DNA of 64,000 nucleotides from Felis catus (taxonomy: Eukaryota), in contig NC_058382.1 in assembly GCF_018350175.1 (NCBI RefSeq), positions 59,460,001 to 59,524,000 of the forward strand, written 5' to 3'. Positions 10,672 through 21,503 of this stretch are shown one piece after another; the first letter of the stretch is position 1; each line of letters starts with the position of its first letter. The notes beneath the pieces are model-generated. The model saw only the letters and a program-made list of their open reading frames with translations, searched no databases and had not been told where the DNA came from. The translations under genes and the position numbers were made by a program.

Positions 10672-11775
10672 TAACTCAATGGGAAGAAAACAAATAACCC
10701 AATTAAAAATGAACAAAAAGACTTCAACAGACACTTCACCGCAGCGGGTACGTGGATGACAAATAAACACCTGATGATATGTCCAGCACCATTAGCCATT
10801 AGGAACACGCAAATCAGGACCAGGGGGAGACGCGTCTGCACACTCAGCAGACGGTTAAAGCCTGACACACTGACGGTGCCCGGTGCCGGTGCGGGTGTGG
10901 GGAAGCGGGTGCTCTCGCCCGTCACCGGCGGGCATGTGAAGTGATGCAGCCACTCTGGAAAATAGTTTGGCAGTTTCTTAACAACTTGAACATTCACCCA
11001 CCATGTGAACTGGCAACGTTACCCCTGTCTTTTACCCAAGAGAAACAAAGGCACGTGTTCACGCAGATAACCTGCACACAAATGTTTACAGATGGTTTAT
11101 CTATAATCAACATAAACCGGAAACAGCTCCTTGCGGAATGGACAAACAGAATGTGCTCCATCTGGGGCACCTGGGTGGCTCAGGAGGTTGAATAGCCTAC
11201 TCTTGATTTGGGGCTCAGGTCATGATCTCACGGTTCATGAGATCGAGCCCCGCATCGGGCTCTGTGCTGAGAGCTCAGAGCCTGCTTGGGCTCTGTCTCC
11301 CTCTCTGTCTCCCTCCCTCTGCCCCTCCCCAGCTCATGCTTGCTCTCGCTCTCGCTCTCTCGCCCTCTCTCTCTCTCAAAAACAATAAACATTAAAAATT
11401 TTTTTTAAAAAAATGCGCTCCACCCAAATAAGGAATACTACTCAGAAAGGAAAAAGAATAAACCGCTAATATACACAGCAAACTTGATTTGATCTCCAAG
11501 GCAGGACGTTGAGGGGAAAGAAGTCATGCTCTAAAGGTCACATCCTCTATGACACCACCGGCCTAAAAGCCTGGAGGAGACAAAGTTCTCATGAGGGGCT
11601 AGCAATAAGGAAAGGGGTGACTACAAGGGGCAGCGTGAGGGAGGCTGGAAGTGGCATGGCTCTTCCGGGCCTGATGGATACACAAAGCTACACGGGTACT
11701 AACATTCATGGAACCACACAACTGAAAGAAACCCGCTTTAGTGTATGTTAATGTTTTATTAATTTATTAATTAAA
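10672..11775 (+). mobile_element. Ancient L1M 3' segment, split by a SINE
   Basis: 'aaacaaataacccaattaaaaat...acagacacttcacc', 'cagccactctggaaaatagtttggcagtttctt', L1MC/MD-type 3'UTR. Confidence 0.85.
11164..11411 (+). mobile_element. CanSINE
   Basis: Full head, CT tract and tail; TSD aatg(t/c)gctcca(t/c)c. Confidence 0.95.
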
Positions 11776-12599
11776 TTATTACTTTTTTTAAGTAATAAGG
11801 GAAAAGTGATCTGTGTTCGAGCTCTGTGGCCCTCCACTCTGGACCCTGTGCTGAGGAAGAAAACGTACCCCAGCCCATGTGACTCCAGCTCAGAGCAGTA
11901 TGACCGTGACTCTGCCCCAGTCCAGGGAAGGGGGAGACATCCTCCCTGCGCAAAATGAAGAAAATTCACATTTGCTGGAAACTGCAGGACCGCAATTCTA
12001 CTGCTCAGCCAGTTTAGTCCCGAACCTAGGGTGAGGTAATAATTATGGAGCCTGAGGAATCTTAACAGCATGGAAGAGAAACCCAAGCAGACCCGGCAAA
12101 GGAGAAGTCCTCCCAGAAGCGGGAAATCGGAGCCTGACCACAGGGCTCGTGGTTGCCCTCCCTCTGGAGAGTTCTCGGCCAGGGCGCTGGCAAACCCCGG
12201 GGCAGGCTCTGAGCCTCCAAGTGTGCAGCAAACGTGTGCTGCAGAGGCAGACGTTGTGGGTAAAACCCCCAACGCACTGCCTCTCATCGGGACCCTGCCG
12301 TCGTGGATGGGACGGTCCCCAACTGCAGAGCTGCCCCAACTGCGGGACACTGTGCATTCGTGGCCCCAGCCTGTAAACGCAGCGGCCCCTCCCAGTCACT
12401 GTGGCAGCCGAAGGTCCCCCCCCCTTCCTGGTGCCCTTTGCGGAGTGGTCTGGTTAACTGGATGCCTAGAAGGCTCCACCATGTGGGCCCAGCCCACAGG
12501 AGGGCTGCATGTGGGCCTTAAAACCTGCAGATCGCACCATTAGCAAGGCATCCTAAGGTCACACAGATGCCCCAGATGTGGAAACACAAAACCTAAGTC

Positions 12600-12665
12600 T
12601 GAGGTTGGACCTCACTGCCTCACCTCTCTGAGCCTCAGTTTCCTCATGTGCGAAACAGGGCTAAC
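12600..12665 (+). mobile_element. MIR core
   Basis: 'cacctctctgagcctcagtttcctcatgtgcgaaacaggg'. Confidence 0.75.
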
Positions 12666-12689
12666 AGGTCAAGCCTCTTTCCCATGTCA

Positions 12690-12960
12690 CAGTGTTTTGC
12701 ACATTCTGTTCCCTCTTCTGGGACTTCCCCTTCCAGGCTGTCCTATGGCTGGCTCCTTCCTGAGGCAGAAGTTTTCTAGCAAGTGCCATCTGCTCAGAGA
12801 CGCCTTTCCCATCCAAAGCAAGTGTGCACCCCGGTCATCTGTATCGCTGTGCCCTGTTGGCTCCCACCAGGCATCCATCACTCCCAAACCGGCTCTGTCT
12901 CCTTCCTGACTGTCCTGCTCCAGACAAGAACGCAAGCACCATGAGCGTGGAACCCTGACT
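12690..12960 (+). mobile_element. L2 fragment
   Basis: 'tttgcacattctgttccctcttctgg...tggctggctccttcc...tgccatctgctcagagacgcctttcc'. Confidence 0.65.
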
Positions 12961-13174
12961 CACCTGCACCCCACACCCCAGGCCTAATCCCTAACTTCTG
13001 GGCTGCTTCAAGGGCCAGGGGAGGGCCGGTGTGAGCAATCCCTGTAGCTCTGAGTTGGCCTCACTAAGCGGACCTCAGAGATACCCACCCACACCCTCCC
13101 TTGGAAACCAAGAGCAGGGATTTGCTGTAAAAAGCCTCAGATCATAGAGTGCTGCAGAGTATAATCTTCCAGTA

Positions 13175-13421
13175 ATAAAAAAGGAAAAATAAAGTAAAAA
13201 CAGAGAAGGAAGCAAACCAGAAGAGAGTCACAAAGACAGAGAACAAACTGAGGGTTAATGGAGAGAGGTGGGTGGGGGATGGGTTAGATGGGTGATAGGC
13301 ATTGAGGAGGGCACTTGGTGGGATGAGCACTGGTGTTGTATGTAAGTGATGAATCATGGAAATCTACTCTGGAAACCAACACTACACTGTAGGTTAACTA
13401 ACTTGAATTGAAATAAATAAA
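13175..13421 (+). mobile_element. Carnivore L1 3'UTR fragment
   Basis: 'gagaacaaactgagggtt...ggatgagcactggtgttgtatgtaagtgatgaatca...aactaacttgaatt'. Confidence 0.9.
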
Positions 13422-13636
13422 TTTTTTAATTGTTTTTTAATGTTTTTATTTATTTTTGAGACAGAGAGAGACAGAGCATGAGCAGGGGAGGGGCAGAGAG
13501 AGAGGGAGACACAGAATCCGAAGCAGGCTCCGAGCTGTCAGCACAGAGCCCAACGCGGGGCTTGAACCCACGAACCAGGAGGTCATGACCTGAGCCACAG
13601 TCAGACGCTCAACCGACTGAGCCACCCAGGCGCCCC
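13422..13636 (-). mobile_element. CanSINE, felid type, inserted in the L1 tail
   Basis: Ends 'gccacccaggcgcccc'; T tail on the left. Confidence 0.95.
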
Positions 13637-14129
13637 GCGAATAAAGAGTTTTAAAAAAGAAAAAAGAAAAGGACAATGTTGCCACAAAATTCAGAACCAG
13701 TAAGAATCCCGGTTCATCAGCCAGACCAGATGCATCCTTCCCTCCGTGTCGGTGACATCCATCAAACGCTTGTGGAATCAACAGCCACCATCCTTCCAAT
13801 ACGGGCACCAAGCCCAGGCTCCACGCTTGAACTTGAATGACATTGGACACCAAGCTTAGCCTCCAAAATGATGCTCTCCGTGGTGTCTCCACGTCCCACC
13901 CTCCCAAGAGCCATCCATCAGCTCCGATACTACGAGAATAGGGCCCTCCGCTCCACCGCACTGGGACCCCAGGCCTACCTCCTCAGTGCCCTAACATTCC
14001 CCACAGGTAGGGTGGAGACGATACTCACCACAGAAAAAGGGAAGGGGAGACCGAGGCTTACAACAGCATCTAGCATACAGCAGGTGCTCAGAAAATGTTA
14101 CTTAGGACCAGCATTCCTCACTGGGAGGC

Positions 14130-14240
14130 TTTGAGCAAACCAGTTCACCTTGTGAGCCTCACTTCCTGGTCTGCAAAGGGAAACACAAAAGTCCCTTCCT
14201 GCCTGCAGGGCTGCTGAGACAGTCCAATTAGATCATGCCC
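14130..14240 (+). mobile_element. MIR fragment
   Basis: 'ttgagcaaaccagttcaccttgtgagcctcacttcctggtctgcaaaggg'. Confidence 0.6.
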
Positions 14241-14689
14241 GAGAACGGGCTGGTTCCCCAGGGATTTGTGTCTGGCTCTCCCCTTGCAGCCCTGAGGGCG
14301 ATTAGACAGAGACTAATGAAATTTCAAAAGCACTTCTTCTTTAAGCAAAGGCTATTAAGATGGAACTTGTCTCAAACTTTTAACCAGGTCTATGAACCAA
14401 GCGCTAAAGGAAATATGCGGGAAGCACAACACGACAATCATTGTCGTGGGAGTGCTGGAACGGCAAGATGAAGTGGTGGCTGAGGGTGCAGGCTCCAGGC
14501 CAGCTGGAGTGGGTGGAGGTGGGGCTGAGGCTCTAGGGAATCTGACACCACGGCTCACCCACATGGCACCCCTGTGCAAATCTGAAAAAGATACCTTATT
14601 CCCCAAAACGCTTTGCCGCCACTTTATAGAATATATAAACATTATTGTATTTACATAATATACAAATATCCCTTTATTATTATGTGAAT

Positions 14690-14741
14690 GGTGCCTAGGA
14701 TTGTGCAATACACAACCTGTAAAACTGCACTCAGCAACCCA
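14690..14741 (-). mobile_element. MER91-like hAT DNA transposon terminus
   Basis: 'cctaggattgtgcaatacacaacctgtaaaactg', similar to 29041-29090. Confidence 0.45.
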
Positions 14742-14834
14742 AGGAGCTCACACACCCAGTAAGGCTTAAGGAAATCAACTGAACACAGATACGTGGATTT
14801 GAAATGGCTACAAAACAGAGCATGCATAAAGACC

Positions 14835-15467
14835 TCAGGAGATACAGAGAAATTGGAACCCTCGTACATTGCTGATGGAAATGTAAAATGACTGAGTTAC
14901 TATGGAAAATTTTAGCAGTCCATCAAAAAGTTAAACATAGAAGTACCACGTAAGCCAGCAATTCACTCATAGGAATATACCGAAAAAGAACTGAAACAAA
15001 AAGTTGTACAAGAATGTTCATGGGAGCATTATCCACAGTAGCTCCAAGGTGGAAACATTAGCAAACAAATAGATACATAAAATGTGGCTTATCCACACAA
15101 TGGGCCATTAGTCAGCCGTAAAAAGGAATAAAGTACTGACCCATGCTACAATGCAGATGAGCCTAAGAGACATTATGCTAAGTGACAAAAGCTGGTCACA
15201 AACAACCACATGATTCCATTTATATAAAACATCCAGAATCAATAAATCCACAGAGACAGAAAACAGACTAGTGGTTGCCAGAGCCTGGGGAGAAAGGAGG
15301 CTATCAGGAGTGACTGCTGAAAGGGTCTCCTCTGGGGTGACAATAATGTTTTGGGACTAGATAGAGGTGACAGTTGCAAAACACTGAACATACACTAGAT
15401 TCCACTGAATTGAACATTTTGAAGTGGTTAATTTTGTGTTATGTGAATGTTAACTCAATTTTTAAAA
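14835..15467 (+). mobile_element. L1MB-like 3' end
   Basis: 'aattggaaccctcgtacattgctg', 'aaatccacagagacagaaaacagactagtggttgccag', 'gtggttaattttgtgttatgtgaat'. Confidence 0.9.
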
Positions 15468-15814
15468 TACATCAGCAGCTACATTTAGGAAAAAAAAACA
15501 ATGACGACAGAGAATGACACACGGACCAGGTGCCCACCACTTACGCTGGAAGGACACGTAAGCTCTGGCAGGAATTTAGACTCCTGGGGGTAAGAGAAGG
15601 AGATGGGATGCAGAGGAAACTGACCCTCCAAGCCCACAGTCTTCAACCAGATGTGACTGAGTCCCTTAGAATAGGCAGACTGGATCTCCCCACACTCAGT
15701 GAAAATGGAATCTCAAGAAAGAAGTTTGATTATAGTGAAGAAATAAGGAAAGGCACAGGTGTGCACACCTGACCTCATAATTGTGAAAGTCAACATCTGC
15801 ACCTGGACTAGGAT

Positions 15815-15935
15815 CCTGTTATCATTCCCACCATATGGACAAGGACACCAAGGCCTAGGGAAGCCAAACCACCTGTCCAGGGGACACAGCTAATACCCAA
15901 TACGTGAACCTGGGCAGCCTAACCCCAGTGCCCCA
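15815..15935 (-). mobile_element. MIR
   Basis: 'tgttatcattcccaccatatggacaaggacaccaaggcctagg...ggacacagct'. Confidence 0.6.
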
Positions 15936-16043
15936 ACCCATTCCTGCTACCCCCTCTAACGTGAAGAGACATCACTGGGCTAAAGACGCCACCAGAGGGT
16001 TGAAATGGAATGTGTGTTTATGGGAACATGCAAAACTTAACTC

Positions 16044-17457
16044 ATGAAGATGATGATGGTAGTGATGATTGTGATGATGATGGTGATGGCAATGATGGTG
16101 GTGATGGTGATGGTGATGGTGATGATGATGATGATGATGATAGTGGTGATGATGGGGTAGTGATGGTGATGGTCATGCTGGTGAGGATGGTGGTGATGGT
16201 GATGATGGTGGTGATGGTGATGATGATGGTGATGGTCATGATGGTGGTGGAGATGGGATGATGGTGAGGATAATGACAGTGATGGTGATGGTGATGATGA
16301 TGATGATGATGATAGTGGTGATGATGGGGTAGTGATGGTGATGGTCATGATGGCGAGGATGGTGGTGATGGTGATGGTGATGGTGATGGTGATGGTGATG
16401 GTGATGGTGATGATGATGATGATGATGATGATAATGGTGATGATGGGGTAGTGATGGTGATGGTCATGATGGCAAGGATGGTGGTGATGGTGATGATGAT
16501 GGTGATGGTCATGATGGTGGTGGAGATGGGATGATGGTGAGGATAATGACAATGATGGTGGTGGTGATGATGATGATGGTGGTGATGGTGATGATGACAG
16601 TGATGGTCATGATGGTGGTGGAGATGGGATGATGGTGAAGATAATGACAATGATGGTGGTGGTGATGATGATGATGGTGGTGATGGTGATGATGACGGTG
16701 ATGGTCATGATGGTGGTGGAGATGGGATGATGGTGAAGATAATGACAATGATGGTGGTGGTGATGATGATGATGGTGGTGATGGTGATGATGACGGTGAT
16801 GGTCATGATGGTGGTGGAGATGGGATGATGGTGAGGATAATGACAATAACAGTGGTGGTGATGATGATGATGGTGATGGTGGTGATGATGGGGTGGTGAT
16901 GGTCATGCTGGTGAGGATGGTGGTGATGGTGATGATGACGGTGATGGTCATGATGGTGGTGGAGATGGGATGATGGTGAGGATAATGACAGTGATGGTGA
17001 TGGTGATGGTGATGATGATGGTGATGGTCATGATGGTGGTGGAGATGGGATGATGGTGAGGATAATGACAATGATGGTGGTGGTGATGATGATGATGGTG
17101 GTGATGGTGATGATGACAGTGATGGTCATGATGGTGGTGGAGATGGTGATGGTGAAGATAATGACAATGATGGTGGTGGTGATGATGATGATGGTGGTGA
17201 TGGTAATGATGACGGTGATGGTCATGATGGTGGTGGAAATGGGATGATGGTGAGGATAATGACAATAACAGTGGTGGTGATGATGATGATGGTGATGGTG
17301 GTGATGATGGGGTGGTGATGGTGGTGATGATGGGTGGTGATGATGGGTGGTGATGGTCATGCTGGTGAGGATGGTGGTGATGGTGATGATGACGGTGATG
17401 GTCATGATGGTGGTGGAGATGGGATGATGGTGAGGATAATGACAGTGATGGTGATGG

Positions 17458-17488
<31 letters not shown>

Positions 17489-17794
17489 AGTGGTGATGAT
17501 GGGGTAATGATGGTGATGGTCATGATGGCGAGGATGGTGGTGATGGTGATGATGGTGATGATGATGATGATGATGATGATGATAATGGTGATGATGGGGT
17601 AGTGATGGTGATGGTCATGATGGCGAGGATGGTGGTGATGGTGATGATGATGGTGATGGTCATGATGGTGGTGGAGATGGGATGATGGTGAGGATAATGA
17701 CAATGACGGTGGTGGTGATGATGGCAGTGATAATGGTGACGAGGCTGCTGGTGATGGTGGTGATGATGATTTTAATAATGATGGTGACGGTGAC
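16044..17794. repeat. (GAT/GGT)n compound array with ~98-bp higher-order units (VNTR)
   Basis: Anchor ggagatgggatgatggtga(g/a)gataatgaca recurs 11 times (two copies variant). Confidence 0.97.
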
Positions 17795-18161
17795 AGTCTT
17801 ATCCAGTTTGGACTGCTACAACAAAATACCACAGACTCAGTGGCTTAAACATCAGACATTTATTCTTCATGGTTCTGGAGGCTGGGAAGTCCAAGACCCG
17901 AGTGCCAACATGGTTAGGATGTTGGTAAGGGCCCTCTTCCTGGCCTGCAGATGGCTGCCTTCTTGTGTGTCCTCACTTGGTGTAGGGAGAGACAATTTCA
18001 ATCTGTTTTCATCTTCTTCTAAGGATACTGATCCCATTACAGGGGTCTCACCCTCGTAACCTCATCCAACCCTAATTAATCCCCCCCTAACATCAGCACA
18101 TTGCAGATTTGGGCTTCAGTGGATGGATTTGGGGGAGGACACAAACATTCAGCCCATAGCA
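17795..18161 (-). mobile_element. MLT1A-like MaLR solo LTR
   Basis: 'ctgctacaacaaaataccacagact...ggttctggaggctgggaagtccaaga...gacacaaacattcagcccatagca'; 5-bp TSD gtgac/gtgat. Confidence 0.9.
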
Positions 18162-18394
18162 GTGATGATGATGGTGATCATGACGATGATGACGACGAAG
18201 ATGGGAACAGGGTGGTTTTAATGACTTATTCCAGAAAAAATGTTTAAAACCCTTTGTATAATTTCCGGCATAAAAGCCCTCCATGAATGCCAGCTATAGT
18301 GACTGTTGTCACTATCATTATAAAGCCCTGGGTTTAAATCTGACTTTCCAAGCAATTTTAAGCAGATTTGTAAGCATCCCTAAATCTGCACCCT

Positions 18395-18862
18395 GTGTTA
18401 AAACACTTCAGGTTACAGCCCACAGAGGCCCACGTCAAGCTGGCACACACCCATCGGGGCAGGAACTGTTTCTCCATGCTGCAGTTATCATGGACCAAAG
18501 GCTCAGACAGCGTCTCCATGCTTCTTCTCTCTTCTTCCCTCTGCTGCCCGTCTTCGCACCCATTTCATTTTGGATAAGGTCTTGCACGAGAGTGTCCCAA
18601 TTCTCGTGTTCAGATCCTCACAGTTTGGCAAACCCAGGACAACAGGGCATCTCTTTTGCTGTGTTCCCAAAGACCGTCATCGAGGGCTCTCACTGGACTT
18701 GTCTGGTCACAGGACACCTCCGAATCAACTACTGTGGGCAGAAAGGACAGAGAGCTCTTTCTGCTGAGTCTGGGTCTCGTACCCACCAGGACCAGGTGAT
18801 TTCTTCAAGGAATGAAGGAAAGTTGGACACAGACTGGGCAAAATCAGCAGACGAGCCCTTCA
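18395..18862 (-). mobile_element. Old MaLR LTR (MLT1J/K-like)
   Basis: 'caggttacagcccacagaggcccacgtcaagctggc', 'gggctctcactggacttgtctggtcacagg...gaatcaactactgtgggcag'. Confidence 0.55.
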
Positions 18863-19434
18863 TGCCCGAGAATTTGGGAGGTCCAGGTATGGACAAGCCC
18901 ACTCACTTGGGAAAAACATCTACTCAGCCGCATTTATTGAGGGCTTGCAATAGAGCAAGCAAGCTGACTACGCTCCCAGGCTGAGCACTGCCTGCAGGAG
19001 ACCAGTCAGAGCTGGCTTACCCAGCCCCCAGGAGAGAGGAGAGAGGCTGGGGTCCTCTGCAGCCTTGGGTGAGAGAAGACACAACCCCCCCGCCTGGCTC
19101 TCCCATCACAAGAAAGGGCTCCCAGTGACAGGAGGACCGCCTGTGGGGCAGCCCACTGGGAGGAGCCCACCCACGGGCTTCCTGCAGGGGAGGGAAACGC
19201 TGGGTGGCCTGCAGGCAAGGTATGCTGGGTGGGTCTGCTTACTCAGAAGGGCCCAGAGCCAGCAGACCATCGGGTCAGAGTCTGGCCCCCAAGAGCCACT
19301 GGGTTGAGCTCATTCTCCTCAACTGATATCATGAGGCATCTTCTGGAGGAGAAGAGAGGATTCCCCAGATGACACGTATGGATAGTCCGGATGCAGGGAT
19401 CAGGCAGAGGGGAGGAGGTGTAGGGTTTGCAGTG

Positions 19435-19670
19435 GTGTGTGAGAGAGAGTGTGCGAGTGTGTGTGTGAGAGTGAGTTGTGAGAGTGTGTGTGTGCTGGTA
19501 TGTGTGAGTGTGTAAGAGAGTGAGTGTGGGGGTACGTGTGTGGGCGTGGGTGCGTGAGTGTGCAGGAGAGCGCTGCGGGTGGCTAACGTGGGAGCGTGAG
19601 CGTGCATGAGTGTGTGAGAGTGAGTGTGAGGGTTGGTGTGTAAGCTTGTGTTGGTGTGTGGTGTGTGAGG
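19435..19670. repeat. Degenerate (GT/GA)n low-complexity tract
   Basis: gtgtgtgaga-type runs. Confidence 0.9.
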
Positions 19671-19849
19671 CATGAGCAGGAGGAGAAAGACGGCTGACAC
19701 TTCACTTCCTCTCAGCAGCTCACCCTCTGAAACCACCTGGGAGCACCGCGCACCTGCAGTGAACGAGTCCTACCTGCACGGCGCCTCCCCGTTGGCCGCG
19801 GTGGGGGGGGGGGGGAGGGCGGGTCAGGGAGGCAGGAGGGACCAGCGCC

Positions 19850-19965
19850 TGCTGTTTTCAGAGGACAGGACTGGAGCTTGGAAAAGTTGACCGACGTGGC
19901 CATTGGTGCACATATGCCGCTCAAACCTAAATGTGTCTGATTCCAAAACCGCAGCCTTCCCACAA
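19850..19965 (-). mobile_element. MIR 5' part
   Basis: 'tcaaacctaaatgtgtctgattccaaaaccgcagccttcc'. Confidence 0.6.
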
Positions 19966-20405
19966 GAGCCCATGGCCGCCTCGCTGCTGACAAATGGCCA
20001 TTCTGTGTCTTCCTGTCTAAGAATAGGAAGAAATCTTATTTCCTGAATCTGAAGAAAACAAGCCTCCAGGCCACACTGGGGGCCCTGGGATGTGCCCCGC
20101 ACGTTGGCCATCATCTCGTTTTACCAAAATCTGGCTTTGGTTATGTTCAGGAAGTTCATCACAGACTCACGTGCCCTATTTCCTTATGCTCCAGATTCCA
20201 ATTATTCATGCCACCTGCCCAGCCACTGCAGGGCTTCCAAGGTGAGACGGCTCATGCCAGAGGGAGCTGGGACGTCCCCTCCCCGCGATCACTCCACCCT
20301 CCGCACACAGAGGTGGTCTAATCCATCTTCCTGTGACCATGAGGGCAGTGACGAAGCTGGTGACGATGAGGGTGGTGGCGACGGTGACGAGGACAGGGAG
20401 GAGGA

Positions 20406-20868
20406 TGTCAAGGAAAAGGCGGCCACGCCCCTGGTTAAAATGGTAAGGTGGACTCTTCAGGACCATCGCAACAGGGGTACCCTCACCACAATGGGATTAA
20501 TGGGGGGGAGGGGGCAGAGACTGGACTGCACTCTGAATTCAGCAAGGAAAAGGGAGAATTTATAGCCAGGGAGCAGGTGCGGTCAGCAGATGGAAAAGTA
20601 ATAGGGGGGAACATCAGGGTGGGGGACTCTGGCTAAGCTGACCTGACAGATTCTTACAGAAGGCAGGCCAGGAGGTTAGGCCCCCTAGGGGACAGTGGAG
20701 CTGAGACATCTGGCCATCTATCAGGGGCAATCAGATACCCATGGTGGGGGATACTGGCTTGACTGACTTAGCAGGGTTCTTGCTAAAACTAGGCTCTTGA
20801 GGACATGCCCAAGGACGGGTCCTCAGTGGAAAAGAGCTCAGAGTATGGTCAAGGAGAAAGTGACTCAG
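20406..20868 (-). mobile_element. MER31-like ERV1 solo LTR
   Basis: Minus strand reads 'ttctccttgacca...ttttagcaagaaccctgctaagtcag...ttttccatctgctgacc...ggctataaattctccc...ttttccttgaca'. Confidence 0.75.
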
Positions 20869-21280
20869 TGACGGCCCCAAGTCCCATGGCTGGGGAACAT
20901 CTATAGCCTACCCTGGACATGCCCACCATTGGGCAACCCATTGAGTCTAATCCCAGACAGACAACTTTGGGTTGTTCCTTGATCTCAGTTATAAAGACAC
21001 GGCTTTGACGTTTGAAACCACGCACATGCCCTTCTTTAGCAGAATTCCTGGGGTCCTGGGCAGCACCGGGAAGTGCTAGTCTAGAAGGTTCTGGGCGCCA
21101 ATGGTGGGGAGTGCGTCAGCTGGCTGTCGGCCCCCTCGGGGCCCATCCCAGCCGCAGAGAGCTGCCTGGCCCACGCCACCAGGGCCTGGGCACTTAGGCC
21201 AACACGGACACTCTGATTAGCCATCTCCACTGCCAGCGGCCCACAGCCCAGCCTCGGCTTTGTGAGGCTGCATTCAATTT

Positions 21281-21503
21281 TTTTTTTAATTTTTTTTTTT
21301 AACGTTTATTTATTTTTGAGACAGAGAGAGACAGAGCATGAACGGGGGAGGGGCAGAGAGAGAGGGAGACACAGAATCGGAAGCAGGCTCCAGGCTCTGA
21401 GCCATCAGCCCAGAGCCCGACGCGGGGCTCGAACTCACGGACCGCGAGATCGTGACCTGAGCCGAAGTCGGACGCTCCACCGACTGAGCCACCCAGGCGC
21501 CCC
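21281..21503 (-). mobile_element. Young cat-type CanSINE
   Basis: CpGs intact; perfect 17-bp TSD gaggctgcattcaattt at 21264-21280 and 21504-21520. Confidence 0.97.

Noticed and set aside
16249..17700. CRISPR-like reading of the recurring ~30-bp anchor
   Set aside because: The intervening segments are repeats of each other rather than unique spacers; mammalian context; no cas genes.
16010..17832. Long His/Ser/Thr/Ile- and Met/Val/Asp-rich ORFs (up to 294 aa)
   Set aside because: By-products of the trinucleotide array; the 98-bp unit shifts frame with every copy.
18283..18984. 233-aa ORF
   Set aside because: Lies largely over a MaLR LTR; no recognisable domain.
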